Positions 30,066-50,189 of a stretch of DNA of 64,000 bases are shown in pieces (positions within the stretch are counted from its first letter, which is position 1; every line of letters begins with the position of its first letter). The position numbers were made by a program, and so were the translations under genes. The stretch lies in the NCBI RefSeq assembly GCF_009914755.1, contig NC_060925.1; one strand, written 5' to 3'. The notes below the pieces were generated by a model. It did not search any database. It had not been told where the DNA came from and saw only the letters and a list, made by a program, of their open reading frames with translations. This stretch comes from the human T2T-CHM13v2.0 reference genome, Homo sapiens.

Positions 30066-30765
30066 GAAAAAGGGAATGAACTATTGATATATGTAACAAT
30101 ACGGATCAATCTCAAAATAATTATGCTAAGTGAAAGAAGTCAGAGCAAAGTGAATACATGTTGTATGATTCTGTTTATATAAAATTCTGGAAAATACAAA
30201 CTATAGTTTCAGAAAGTAGATCAGTGGTTGCCTGGTGGTAGGGTAGGGAGGGATAGGAGGAAGTAATTCCAACAGGACACAAAGAACACTTTCAGGGTAA
30301 TGGATATGTTTGTTATCTTGATTGTGGTGATGATTTCACAGGTAGAACATGTTAAAATTCATAAAATTGTATACTTTAATTAATTAATTTATTTTTGAGA
30401 TGGTGTCTTGCTTTGTCACCCAGGCTGGAGTGCCGTGGTGCAGTCTCCACCCACTGCAAACTCCACCTCCTGGGTTCAGGCATTTCCCCTGCCTCTGCCT
30501 CCGGAGTATCTGGGATTACCGGCACCGCCACCATGCCTGACTAATTTGTTGTTGTTGTTGTTGTTGTGTTTTTAGTGGAGACGGGGTTTCACCATGTTGG
30601 CCAGGCTGGTCTCAAACTCCTGACCTCAAGTGACCTGCACGCCTCAGCCTCCCAAAGTGCTGGGATTACAGGTGTGAGCCACCGTGCCTGGCCAAAATTG
30701 TATAATTTAAATATGTGCAGTTTCTTGTGTATCAGTGATACCTTAATAAAGCTATTGAAATATAA
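30066..30765 (+). mobile_element. Old L1M 3' UTR, split by an Alu
   Basis: gctaagtgaaagaagtcag...agtagatcagtggttgcctgg...cttaataaagct. Confidence 0.65.
30380..30693 (-). mobile_element. AluS
   Basis: TSD aaaattgtata(c/a)tttaa. Confidence 0.9.
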
Positions 30766-31529
30766 AATAAAGTTAAGAAGTAAAAAATATGGAGGTAAGT
30801 ACCAGAAGTCAAATATAAATGAGTTATAAATGGTTCCCCATGAGGAACCAGAGAGTTAGGGGATGGACAAGTCCACTGGTTTCCAAATAAGCCTTTTAGT
30901 ATTAATTTATTTTTAACCATTTTCCTATTACTTTAATAAGCATAGCAGTTGGAAAAAGACATTATAGGCATACAATGGAATTTCCTGAAATCATTAAAAT
31001 ACTGAAGAAGACGTATAAGTACTGACATAAAACCTCTCTAGAAGACATTATTTGTTATGAAATGCAAGTTATAAAACAATGTATATAATATGGTTGTATT
31101 TATATTTATGTAATACATTAAGGATATTATATGTGCATCTATATGTGAAATTATGCTTAAAGAAAGGACTGAAATAATATGCATATCACATTTCTGGTTA
31201 TGTTTCCTCTGTGATAAGAAGTAGGAAATAAGTGTTAAGTGCTAGACATTCATGTTAATTTCTACATATATATGTGTGTTACTCAAATCTTTTACAAAAA
31301 GATTTGCATGTTGTATAATAAATATGACAGAAAATGGATGAACAGGACATCTTAAACCTCTCCTAAAACTAAATACAATTAGATCTGTATTCATTTATGT
31401 GACTTTCTATTAATTATTTTCTGTATGTCAATGACTGATAATCACCTTTGATCTGTTTCTGTTATGTAACTCTTAAAGAATAATTTTATATATTTAGATT
31501 TGTATGTGTATATGTTTTTATCATTGTAG

Positions 31530-31651
31530 GATCTTGTGAATGAATGGGATCAAAACTTGACTCTCTTCTCTTACACCCTTGAGGAATGGATGAATTGTCA
31601 AAGAAATTGGCTTTATCTTGAACCAGTCTTTCATTCTTCAGAAATACGAAG
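31530..31651 (+). CDS. DNAH14: Dynein heavy chain exon E (122 nt, phase 0/2; DLVNEW...QRNWLYLEPVF...EIR)
   Basis: ttgtag| acceptor, AG|gtaaaa donor; hallmark Q..W.YLEPxF motif; absent from the ORF track. Confidence 0.92.
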
Positions 31652-31890
31652 GTAAAATACCTAAAATATACCATATACAGGTTCAAAATGCATTGTGAGT
31701 AATTTATTTTCTTTAATTCTTGAGAAATCATTTCTTCAATGAACAAACTATCTTATCCTACCTACAGACATAGGGGTATAATTTGCTGAATCATTATTTT
31801 TCTTTCATAAAAGATTATGAACATCATTTTTGTAAGCCTTATTACTTGACTATTGGTATAAAAATATAAAGAGCTAAGAAAGAAGTGTTA

Positions 31891-32196
<306 letters not shown>

Positions 32197-32328
32197 GTGT
32201 CAGATACATCATTATAATCCCAAAACTACAATATTATGTGTTTCTTTCGTTCTGGAATATTAGTGTGGTTTTGATGTGAATAATAAACATGTTTTTAGTA
32301 GCATTCATACATTAATAAGAATTTCTTA

Positions 32329-32627
32329 GGCTGAGTGTGGTGGCTTATGCCTGTAATCCCAACACTTTGGGAGCCCAAGATCACCTGAGCACAGGAGTTT
32401 GAGGCCATCTTGGGCAACACAGGGAAACCTCATGTCTTAAAAACAAACAAACAAAACCGCCAGGTTTAGTAGCACATGCCTGTGGTCCCACCCAGCTACT
32501 TGGGAGGTTGAGGTGAGAGGACGGCTTGGATCCAGAAGGCCATGGCTGCAATAAGCCGTGACTGCACGATGGCACTCCAGCCTGAACCATACCACAGAGA
32601 GAGACTGTTTCAAGAAAAAAAAAAAAC
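32329..32627 (+). mobile_element. AluJ (degenerate)
   Basis: Diverged dimer with an A tail. Confidence 0.8.
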
Positions 32628-33791
32628 CAATTTATTACTATTACTTTGAGCCAGATGGAAGAATAGAGGGCCTGGGCAGTTGTTAAAAAATTCTACCTTT
32701 AAAAAACACCATACCATTCAAATTCATTGACCTCTAACTTTGTAAAGTGATTGGCCTTAAGGGTGCTCAAGTTGAGACAAATAAATTAGGCAGAATTTAA
32801 ACTATTGACAGCAAATCATACAAGCTAGTTTAGGAGCCATTCTGAAATAAGGTAGGAAAACATTGGGTGTGTATTTGAAAGGCCTATTATAGCAATGGAA
32901 AATCTTGAATAATATGTCAAGTATTTTGTATTTTATTTTGGAGACAAAGGGAAGCCGTTAGATTACAAAAGGGAACTGTTTAAATTTAAGTATTGCTTTG
33001 TGGGGAACAATATCCATTTGTGTTATACATGTATATTTCTTATCATATGAATGCTTGGGTTTATTCTATTTGATTGATCGGTAGTTATTCTGAAAGTTCT
33101 CAAAGGTGAAACCACATACCTAAGGTGTATGTCCTTATGGATACAACAACTTTGAGCCTTAAGTTTAAACTTTAATACTACCTTTTACTAAAGATTAGAA
33201 TTCTAGGCAAGAGAGTTCAAAGTGTCACTAAATTGTTCCTTTATAGGATTTTCTGAAGTTGAAAAAGATGTTTTCAACTATGGATTCTGAAGGCATCTAT
33301 CTAATAGGTCTAAAGAAAAGAAAAAGTGGGTCTATAGTGGATCTGCCTTTGAGTAATGGAGCAGGATGATGAGCCCTGATACCAGGGAGAAAGCATGAAG
33401 GAGAAGAATGGGACAAGAGATTCATTAAAGGGGCAGACTCTCTAACGGGAATATATGAGAGTATAGAATGCAGTGCCATTTACCAGAGCTCCAAACTAAC
33501 TATGAGGGCTGTGCTAGGACATCCCAGAGATATTGGAAGGGTGCTTAAGAGAAGGTGAGACTGAAGTCTCCTCCTTGACAGGATTTTTGCTGAGCTACAG
33601 AAAACTTTTAGGTCCATCACGCAAGATAGAGAATGAGATAATAGTGGAAGTGGTCTTGGGAAATCTTGACATGTATTTCCCTAGAGTGTAGGGACATTAG
33701 AAACTAGCGCTTGCCTCTTCTCTGGAGAATTCTAAAGCAGCCTTTAATAACAGGGCAAGGAAGAAGTGCAGGAATACATGGTTATCTTAGA

Positions 33792-34023
33792 CCAGTGATT
33801 TTCAACCAGCGGTAATTTTTTTACCTCTGGGAGTCATTTCACAAAGTCTGGAAACATTTTTACTTGTCACAACTGAGGGGATACTACTGGCATCTAGTGG
33901 GTATAGGCCAGGATATTGTTAAACATTCTACAATGCACCAGAACTTCTCCCTACCCCCAGCCCCCACACCAACCAGAATTATGTAGTCCAAAATGTCAAC
34001 AGTGCAGAAACTGAGAAATCCTG
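33792..34023. mobile_element. MER20 hAT-derived element
   Basis: cagtgattttcaacc...tactggcatctagtgggta...ctgagaaatcctg. Confidence 0.8.
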
Positions 34024-35124
34024 ACAGACATAGTAGGGGTTTCCAAGCTAGAGCCATCTTGAAAGATCTCCACCCAAAAATGGCAGAACAAGGGAATCCC
34101 AGAAGTATACTACTTAGAGCAGGAGCTTAAGGAATGGTTGTAAGAGGTCAGCTGGCAAGAGCCAATGAATGGTGCAATATAGAGGTTCCTGTTGGGGTAC
34201 TCTGAAATCTCCAGCAATATACTTTATGGATACCTGCCATGACAGAGGGCATGCAAGAGGCAAAAGAGGATTCAAAGTAACACTAGCTGAGTGAAGAAAA
34301 AAAGTCCCTCTAAATTCCTCCCCTCTTCAACTTCAGAGCCAAGAGGAGTTTGAATCAGGTTGAGGCTAGGGTGGGAGAGGGGTGGGAAATATAGGTGAAC
34401 AGAAAAAAAAGAAATAATGCAACTGTATAATTATAGAAACTATTTCTCTCATTCAATTCCAACAACAACAGAAACAAAACTAAAATTAATATATTAATGG
34501 CTTATCACATCACATGTGGGTTTTGCTTCCCTTTTCCAAAGGGAGAAAATAATGATAATCTTCTGTAAAGGAAAATTTATACACCAAGGCTGACATGGCC
34601 CTTACATTTTCTTATCCTCTAAGATGAGATAACCGTTAATAGAACTTCAGTGTTTTTATACATACCTCTGTATTCTTGCTTCTAAGCTGAATGCCCCCTC
34701 TGTCTTCTATTCACATCAAAGCTCTACTCCTTTAAAACACAGATTAAATAACGTCTTCTCCAAGAAGCTCTTGACAGATCCCATTTCTGCTCTAGATCGT
34801 CAGTAACCCTTTGTTTTATTACATTTCTTAGGACACAGATTGTTTCTACTTACCTTATGCAGAATTTCTATACATCTGTCTTCCACTGTATACTAAGTAT
34901 AATCTTGTTAAATGATGGTTGTTGTGTCTAATTTATCCATTTCTTACCATGTGCATCACTTGTACATAATAGGCACTTAAAAAGTATCTTTGATGATTTA
35001 TCAAGAAAATTTAACATCAAATGTTTTATAACTCAAACAGTATTCCGTGGCAATGCATTACATTATAGATTTTAATCATAGTGCCTTAAAAAAAATAAAA
35101 TGACATCTAATTTTTTTTCTAAAG

Positions 35125-35296
35125 GCAACTCCCAGCAGAAACAGAACTTTTCTCTCAAGTGATTTCCATGTGGAAAAAAATAATGTCAAAAATACAAAAC
35201 AAACAGAATGCTTTGCAGATAACCACTTCTGCAGGAGTCCTTGAAATTCTGCAAAATTGTAATATACATCTTGAACATATAAAGAAAAGCCTTGAG
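35125..35296 (+). CDS. DNAH14: Dynein heavy chain exon F (172 nt, phase 2/0; RQLPAE...LEHIKKSLE)
   Basis: ttttctaaag| acceptor, GAG|gtaaaa donor; QLP.E..F motif; phase matches exon E. Confidence 0.9.
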
Positions 35297-36308
35297 GTAA
35301 AACTATAGCAATTCTAAAGCAGTGAATCATTTAACAAAAGTAAAGTAAAAGTGATATAATGTAATCTACTGCAGAAGCTAATTCCAGTGCAGATTTTCTT
35401 TATTCTAGCTGCCAACAATTTTTTAAACTCTCACTACCTATAGAGTTAATAAAAATATTGTCAAAAGGAAAAGTGTATGGACTAATCTAAATGACCATTG
35501 GTAAATTATCAAACTTTTGAGTGCCCAGGTTCCCTTACCTTTTATTTTTTAAAAGAGATATCCTATCTTTTTTTTTTAATATAAGAAATGACTTCTTTCA
35601 GGAGGTTAATACTTTTTTAAAATATTGTTAGTTTTTAATTTTTGTAGATAGATAGTAGATGTATATATTTATGGGGTACATGATATATTTTAAAGCAGGC
35701 ATACAATATAAAATAATCACATCAAGGTAAACGTATCCGTAGCCTCAAGCACTTATCCTTTGTGTTAAAAATAATCCAATGATAATCTTTTAGTTATTTT
35801 TAAATGTAAAATTAAATTATTGTTAGGTATGGTCACCCCATTCAGCTATCAAATACTAGACCTTATTCATTCTGTTTTTTGTACCCATCAACCACTTTTT
35901 CTCTCTCCCCCATTCTCTCCACTACTCCTCCTATCCTCTGGTTATTATCCTTCTACTGTCTATCTCCATGATTTCACTTGCTTCAAATGTTACCTCCCAC
36001 AAATAAATGAGAACATATGAACTTTGTGTTTTTGTGCCTGGTTTTTTTTACTTAACATAATGACCTGCAGTTCTATCCATGTTCTTGCAGATGACAAGAT
36101 CTCATTCTCTTTTATGGCCGAATAGTACTCCATTTTGTATATATACCACATTTTCTTTATCCATTCATCTGTTTACAGACACTTGGGTTGCTTCCAAATT
36201 TTGGTTATTGTGAATAGTGCTTCAATAAACACAGAGTGCAGATATGTCTTCAGTATACTGATTTCCTTTCTTTTGGGTATATACCTAACAGTGGAATTGC
36301 TGAATCTT

Positions 36309-41786
<5,478 letters not shown>

Positions 41787-41859
41787 CTTTAGTTTTTATG
41801 AACATGTGACTGAAACTGAGTTCCTTTTACCTAACATCTGGCTTTCAACAAAAACTTAT

Positions 41860-42075
41860 TGATATGGCTCCGATGAGTGGAGGAACACCAGGGTTCTTTG
41901 TCCTCATGCCGGCTTAGACAAAACGACATGGACATACATGGAGTGTTTTTAAGGAACCCAGAGTTTAGTAGGCAAGATAGAAGTGGGAAGAAAAAAGGAA
42001 GAAGCTCCCCTGTACGGAGACAGAGGCAGGGGCTCTCCAAAGCACAGGACAGGAACCCCACCTGCCATGGATACC
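41860..42075 (-). mobile_element. ERV1-type LTR 3' fragment (MER61-like) inside the L1 TSDs
   Basis: tgatatggctccgatgagtggaggaacaccaggg...gagtttagtaggcaag is an LTR terminus (CA on the - strand); family name is from memory. Confidence 0.6.
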
Positions 42076-42333
42076 GGAATTGCTGAATCTTATGGTAGCT
42101 CTATTTTTAGTTTTTTGAGGAACTTCCAAACTGTTCTCCATAGTGGTTGTACTAATTTACATTCCCACAAACAGTGTACAAGGGTTCCCTTTTCTCCATA
42201 TCCTTGCCAACATTTGTTATTGCCTGTCTTTTGGAAAAAAGCCATTTTAACTGAAGTGAGATGATATCTCATTGTCACTTTGATTTGCATTTCCCTGATG
42301 ATCAGTGATAATAAACACTTTTTCATATACCTG

Positions 42334-42883
42334 TGTGATGGTTAGTATTGAGTGTCAACTTTACTGGATTAAAGGATGCAAAGTATTGTTCCTGGGTGTG
42401 TCTGTGAGGTTGTTGCCGAAGGAGATTAACATTTGAGTCAGTGGACTGGGAGAGCCAGTCCCACCCTCAATCTGGGTAGACACCATCTAATCAGCTACCA
42501 GTGCTGCTAGGATAAAAACTGGCAGAGGAACGTGGAAGGACTAGACTGGCTGAATCTTCCAGCCTTTATCTTTCTCCCTTGCTGGATGCTTCCTGCCCTT
42601 GAACATCAGACTCCAAGTTCTTCAGCTTTTGGACTCTTGGACTTACACCAGTGGTTTGCCAGGGTTTCTCAGGCCTTCAGCCACAGACTGAAGGCTGCAT
42701 TGTTGGCTTCCCTACCTTTGAGTTTTTGGGACTCTAACTGGCTTCCTTGCTCCTCAGCTTGCAGAAGGCCTATTGTGGGACTTCACCTTGTGACCGTGTA
42801 AGTCAATACTCCTTAATAAACTCCCTTTCATATATACATCTATCCTATTAGTCCTGTCCCTCTAGAGAACCGTGACTAATACA
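42334..42883 (+). mobile_element. MLT2A (MLT2A2-like) HERV-L solo LTR
   Basis: tgtgatggttagtattgagtgtcaac...ctagagaaccgtgactaataca; perfect TSD acctg. Confidence 0.9.
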
Positions 42884-45800
42884 ACCTGGTTGCCATTTGT
42901 ATGTCTTCTTTTGAGAAATGTCTATTCAGATCTTTTGCCCATTTTAAAATCAGATTATTAAATTTTTATTGCATTTTTTCCTATAGAGCTGTTTGAACTC
43001 CATGTATATTCTATTAATAGTTATTAATCCCTTGTCAGATGGATAGTTTAAAAGTATTTTCTCCCATTCTGTGGGTTGTCTCTTCATTATTTTGTTGATT
43101 CCTTTGTTGTGCAAAAGCTTTTTAACTTGATATGATCCCATTTGTCCATTTTTCCTGTGGTTGTCTGTGCTCATAAGGTACTACTCAAGAAATCTTTGCC
43201 CAGTCTAATAAAATAGAGAATTTCCACAGCGTTTTCTTTTAGTAGTTTAATAGTTTGAGGTCTCAGATTTAAGTGTGAAATCCATTTTAATTTGATTTTT
43301 GTATATGGCGAAAGATAGGAGTCTAGTTTTATTCTTCTGCATATAGATATCCAATTTTTCCTGCATCATTTGTTGAGGAACCTGCCCTTTTTCCAATGTA
43401 TGTTCTTGGCACCTTGGTCAAAAATGAGTTCACTGTAGATGTACGGATTCGTTTCTGGATTTCTCATTCTGTTCCACTGGTCTATGTGTCTGTTTTTATG
43501 TGACTAGTTTGCTATTTTGGTTGCTGTAGTTCTGTGATACAGTTTAAAGTCAGGTAATGTGATTCTTCCAGCTTTGTTCTTTTTGCCCAGAATAGCTTTG
43601 GATATTCTGGGTCTTTTGTGGCTCAGTATAAATTTTAGGATAGTTTTTCTATTTCTGTGAAGAATGTCATTGGTACTCTGATAGGGACTGCATTGACTCT
43701 GTACATTGCTTTGAGTAGTGGGGACATTTTAACAATATTGATTCTTGCAATTCATGTAATATGGAATATCTTTCCATTTTTTGGTGTCCTCATCAATTTC
43801 TTGCATCAATGTTTTATATTTTTTATTATAGAGATCTTTCACTTCTTAGGTTGATTCCTAGATACTTAATTTTATGTGTAGCTGTTGTAAATGAGATTAC
43901 TTTCTTGATTTTTTTTCATATTGTTCACTCTTGGCATATAGAAATGCTACTGATTTTTGTATGTTGATTTTGTATTCTGTAACTTTACTTGTTTATCAGT
44001 TCTAATAGTTTTTTGGTGGAGTCTTTAGGTTTTCCCCTATATAAGATCATATCATCTGCAAACAAGGAGAGTTTGACTTCTGCTTTTCCAACTTGGATGC
44101 CCTTTGTTTCTTTCTCTTTTCTGATTGCTCCAGCTAGGACTTCCAGTGTTACATTGAATAACAGTGGGGAAACTGGGCACCCTTGGCCTCTATGACCTTC
44201 CAGATCTTAGAGGAAAGGCTTTCATTTTCTCCCCATTTAGTGTGATACTAGCTGTGAGTCTGTAATATGTGGCTTTTATTTTGTTGGATATGTTTCTTCT
44301 ATATTCAGTGTTGAATTTAATCAAATGCTTTATCAGCATCAATTGAAATGATCATATGGTTTTTGTTCTTTATTCTGTTGATATGATGTTTCACACTGAT
44401 TTATTTGCATATTTTGAACCATCATTGCATCACTGGGATGAATCCCACTTGGTCATGATAAATCACCTTTTAAATGTGTTGTTGACTTTGGTTTGCATGC
44501 ATTTTGTTGAGGATTTTTGCATCAATTTTCACCAGGGATATGGGCCTGTAGTTTTCTTTTTTAATGTGTCTTTGTCTGCTTTTAGTATCAGGGTAATACC
44601 GGCATCACAGAATGAGTTTGGAAGTATTCCTTTCTCTATTTTTTGGAAGACTTTATGAGGATTGGTATTAGTTCTTCTTTAAATATTTGGCAAAATTCAG
44701 CAGTGAAGCATCAGGTCCTAGGCTTTTCTTTGCTGGGGGACTTTATTACAGGTTTGATCTCATTACTTGTTATTAGTCTGTTCAGGTTTTATATTTCTTC
44801 ATGATTCCTTCTTGGTAGGTTGTATGTGTTTAGGAATTTATCCATTCCTACTAGATCTTCCAATTTATTGGCATATAGTTGCTCATAGTAGTCTCTAGTG
44901 ATCCTTTGAATTTCTGTGGTACTGGTTGTCATGTCTCCTTTTTTATCTCTGATTGTATTTATTTGGGTCTTCTTTCTTTTTTTTTCTTAGTCTGGCTAAA
45001 GGTTTGTCAGTTTTCTTTATGTTTTTTTCTAAAAACAACTTTTCATTTTATCTTTTCTATAGTGTAATTTCATTTATTTCAGTTCTGATCTTTATTTTCT
45101 TCTACTAATTTTGAGTTTAGTTTGCTCTTTTCTAATTCTTTAAGATGCGTTTTTAAGTTATTTGAAGTTTTTCTACTTTTTTGACATAGACACAGCTATA
45201 AACTCCCCTTTTGGTATATCCCATAAGTTTTGGTATGTTGTGTTTCTGTTATTATTTTCCAATTTTCTTCTTAATGTCTTCATTGACACTGACATGGTCA
45301 TTCAGGAGCATATGGTTTAAATTCCATGTGTTTATATAATTTCCATAATTCCTCTTGTAATTGAATTCTAGTTTTATTCCATTGTGGTCAGAAAAGATAC
45401 TTGGTATTATTTCAGTGTTTTTGAATGTTTTAAGACTTGTTTTGTGGCCTAACATATCATTCTTTGAAAATGATCCATGGGCTGAGTAGAATGTGCATCC
45501 TGCAACCATTGGATGAAATGTTCTGTAAATATCTATTAGGTCCATTTGGTCTATTGTGCAGATTAATTCCAATGTTTCTTTGTTGATTTTCTGTCTGGAT
45601 GATCTGTCCAGTGCTGAAAGTGGAGTATTGAAGTCTCCAACTATTGGATTGTGGTCTATCTCTCTCTTTAGCTTGAATAATATTTGCTTTATATATCTGG
45701 GCCCTTCAGGGTTGGGTGCATTTATATTTATATGCACCTTGCTGAATTGACCCTTCTTATCCTCTTGCTGAATTGACCCTTTTATCATTATGTAATGACT

Positions 45801-48800
45801 TTCTTTGTCTTTTTATGGTTTTTGTCATGAAATCTAATTTGTGTGATATAAATAGAGCTATTCTTGCTCTTTTTTGGTTTCCATTTGCATGGAATATCTT
45901 TTTCCACCCTTTTAGTTTCAGTCTATGTGTGCCTTTATAGGTGAAGTGTGTTTCTTATTGGGAGCAGATTGTTGAGTCTTTTTTTTTAATCTATTCAGCC
46001 ACTTTATGTCCTATTGGAGAGTTTGGTCCATTTACATTCAGTGTTATCATTCATAAGTAAGGACTTATGCTTGCCATTTTTAAAATTTGTTTTCTGGTTG
46101 TTTTGTGGTCTTCTCTTCCTTCTTTCCTTCCCTCCTGTCTTCTTTTTAGTAAAGGTGATTTTCTTTGGTGGCATTTTGTAATTTATTGCTTTTTCTTTTT
46201 TATGTATCTATTTTATCTTTTTGGATCTGAGGTTACCATGAGGCTTGCAAATAATATCATGTAACTGTTATTTTAAATTGGTGACAACTTAACACTGATT
46301 GCATAAACAAACAAATGAGCAAAAACAAAGCTAATAAAAACTCTGCAGTTTAACTTTGTCCCCCTTTTTAACTTTTTGGTTTTTTCTATTTATACCATAT
46401 TGTATGATCTATGTCTTGAAAAGTTGTTCTAGTTTTTTTTATTACTTTGTCTTTTAGCCTTTCTACTTAAGATATGAGTAGTTTACACACCACAATTACA
46501 GCATTACAATATTTTGTGTTTTTCTGATTGATGGACTCTCTTCAACATTTCTTGTATAACATGTGTCATCTTGGTGAAATCCCTCAGCTTTTATTTGTTT
46601 TGAAAATCTGTATGTCCCCTTCCTATTCGAAGGATATTTTGGACAGATATACTATACTAGGGTAAAAGCTTTTTTTCCTTCTGCACTTCAAGTAAGTCAT
46701 GCCACTCTCTTGGCCTATAAGGTTTCCACTGAAAAGTCTACTGCCAGATATATTGGAGTTCCATTGTGTTTTATTTGTTTCTTTCCTCTTGCTACTTTTA
46801 GGATCCTTTCTTTATCCTTGAATTTTGGAAGTTTGAATATTAAATGCCTTGAGGAAGTCTTCTTTGGGTTAAATCTGTTTGGTGTTCTATAACCTTCTTG
46901 TACTTCAATACTGATATCTTTCTCTAGGTTTGAGAAGTTTTCTGTTATTATTCATTTCAACCCCTGTCTTCATCTTTACCTTCTCTTTAAGGCCAGTAAC
47001 TCTTAGCTTTTCTATTTTTAGGCTATGTTTTATTTTTCTAGCTGCTATTTTCTAGATCTTGTAGTCATGCTTTATTCTTTTTTATTCTTTTTTTCTGATG
47101 CCTCATCTGTATTTTCAAATAGCCTGTCTTCAAGCTCACTAATTCTCTCTTCTGCTTGATCAATTCTGCTGCTAAGACACTCTGATGCAGTCTTCAGTAT
47201 GTCAATTGCATTTTTCAAATACAGAATTTCTGCTTGATTCTTTTCAGTTATATCAATTTCTTTGTTAAATTTTTCTGAAAGGATTCTGAATTCCTTTTCT
47301 TTGTTATCTTTAATTTCTTTGAGTTTTCTTAACATAGGTATTTTGAATTCTCTATCTGAAAAGTCACATATCTCTGTCACTTTGGGGTTGGTCCCTGGAG
47401 GCTTATTTAATTTATTTGGTAAGGTTTTGTTTTCCTGGGTGGTCTTGAGGCTTTGTTGGTGTTGGCATTGAAGAGTTATGTATTTATTGTAGTTTTGCAG
47501 TCTGGGCTTGTTTGAACTTATCGTTCTTGGGCAGGCCTTCCAGGTATTTTAAGAAACTTGGCTGTTACTATCTATGTTATTGCTCACTGCAGCTGTATTT
47601 TCATTAGGGAGTACCCAAAGCTCAGTAATGCTGTGGTTCTTGCAGACAAGGTACCACCTTGGTGGCCTTGGATAAGATTCAGAAGAATTCTCCAGATTAC
47701 CAAGCAGAGATTCTTGTTCTCTTCCCTTACTTTTTCCCAAACAATTGAGTCATTCTCTGTGTGCTGAGCTGCCTGGAACTGGTGGAGGGGTGACACAAGC
47801 ATGCATGTGGCCACCATCACTGGAGCCATGGTGGGTCAGACCTGAAGCCAGCACTGACTGAGGCTTGTGCAAGGTCCACTGTAATCACTACTTGGCTACC
47901 GCCTATGTTTGTTCAAGGCCCTAGGGCTGCATAATCAGCAGGTGGTGAAGCCAGCCAGGCTTGTGTTGTTCCCTTAAGAGTAGTGAGTTCCCCCTGGGCC
48001 CTGGGTGGTTCCAGAGATGCCATCTGGGAACCAGTATCTATAGTCAGAAACCTTAGAAATATACTTCTTTATTCTACTACACCTGAGCTGGCACTCAAAC
48101 CACAAGACACAGTCCTTCTCACTCTTCCCTTCCCTTTCCACAGGCAGAGGAGTCTTTCTCCATGGCCCTCACCACCACAAGTCCATAGGGAGTACTGCCG
48201 GGGTACCGCTGATGTTCACTAAAGCCCAAGGGCTCTTTAGTTACTTTGTAGTAAATGCTGCCAGGCTTTGGACTCACCCTTGAGGGTAATGGACTCCATT
48301 CTAGCCCAGGGCAGGTGCAGAAATGCCATCCAAGAGGCAAGGCCTGGAATCAGAGACCCCAAGTGCCTGCTTGGTGCTCTACCCCATTGTAGCCAAGCTG
48401 GTACCTAAGCTGTAAGGCAAAGTCCACTTTACACTTTACACTGTGCTTTTCTCAAGCAAAAGAAGTCTTCCCTCATAGCCAAAACAGCTGGGAACATGTT
48501 GGGTCACATATGAAGCCAGAATGTCTCAGAGTCTCACCCAAGGCCCATGGCATGTACTACCTGGCTACTGTTGCTGATTATTCGGGGCCCAAGGGCTGTT
48601 TAGTTAGCAGGTGATGAATCCTGCTAGGACTGGATCCTTCTGTTCAAGGCAGCAGGTTCCCTTCTGACCCAGAGTGTGTCTAGAAATGTCATACAAGATC
48701 TAGGGCCTAGAATGGGAGCCTCATGACCCTGCCAGGTGCCCTATCCTACTATGGCTGAGCCAGTATCCAAGTTGGAAGAAAAAGTCCTCTTTAGTCTTCC

Positions 48801-50189
48801 CTCTCCTGTCCTGAAGTGGAGGTAACAAGTCTCTTTTGGAGCTGGGAGCTGTGCTGCCTGGGGTTGGGGGAGAGGTGATGCAAGCTCTCCTTTAGTTGCT
48901 TCAGCTGGTGTCTCAATAGATCATGTGTCCCCCCAGTCCACTGGCTCTGAGCCCAGCACGGCACTAGGACTTGCCTAGGACTTGCAGTCTTTATGGCCTA
49001 TACTGCCTTTCAAGTTTGTTTAGAACCCTAGACCACTTTAGCCCACAGAAGCAAGGCTTACCAAAACTAAAGTTCTGACTGCTGGAATGGATGCTTACCC
49101 TCTGGCTAGGGCTGGTCTAAATGTTCCCTCTGTGGGCTTCAGCTGAGTTATGTCCAGTGTTGGCAGCACTGAGTTTCAATGCAAAATCCCACAGTCACTG
49201 TGCTCTCTCTCCCCCAAGCACACTCATTCTCTCTCTGTGCCACAAGTCCACCACAGGGGGTGGGGGAAGGGTGGCTTCAGCAATTCAAGACTGTTTTTCC
49301 TACTCTCTTAAGTGTCTCTTTCAGCAATATAAAGTTAAAACCAGGTACTATGAATGCTTACCTTTGTATGAAGATGCTTTTTTCATAGAGATAGTTGTTA
49401 AATTTGTTATATCTGTGGGGAGCACAATCAGTGGAGGAGTCTATTCAGCCATCTTGCCTTCCTTATCTTTAAGTTGAGAATAATGATAGTGCTACCTTGA
49501 GGGGTTTGTCACTGAGATGATGCATTTAAAGCATAAGTGCTGGCAAAAATAATTGCTTTTTCCCTAACAATGGAGTCTCTCTCTGTGTGCTAAGCTGCCT
49601 AGAGCTGGCGGAGGGGTGACACAAGCACCCTGTGGCCACCATCACTGGAGCTGTGGTGGGTCAGACGCGAAGCCAGCACAGCACTGAGTCTTGTGCAGGT
49701 TAACTATTTTTATTAGCACCATTAAGTTGATAAATTCTGCAAAAGTTGAAACAGAATGTTTTTATGAGTCTATAAATTACTGATTCCATATATTTATACA
49801 TTCTCAGAACATTAAAGTATAAACTAGACATGTATCCTAAAATACTACATTTTAATTTTTGAGATTTGTGGTGTACATATTCACTTTACTTCATGAACCA
49901 AGATTTTTATTCAGGCATTAATTGCTTTTGCTTACTGAACACAAGTAACAGTGGTTGTGATGAGCCCTCCAAAACAACTATAGGCAATCACAGCCTATAC
50001 AAAATTATCTGCCCATATAGGCCCTCTTCTATTGAAATCTGCACTCTGGAGCAAGCATAAGGGGCTGCAGCCAGATTGATTCTGGTTAATAATAGCCGGT
50101 TTACCAAGTCATCGTTGAGATAAGCCTTCCAAATATTTCCAGCACATCTTTAGACTATTACTGAGGATCATTACAAACCAATAGCTTTC

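Noticed and set aside
41860-42075. LTR inserted into the L1 after integration
   Set aside because: Only one LTR end is present, it has no TSD of its own, it is truncated exactly at the L1 TSD, and the family appears older than L1PA4
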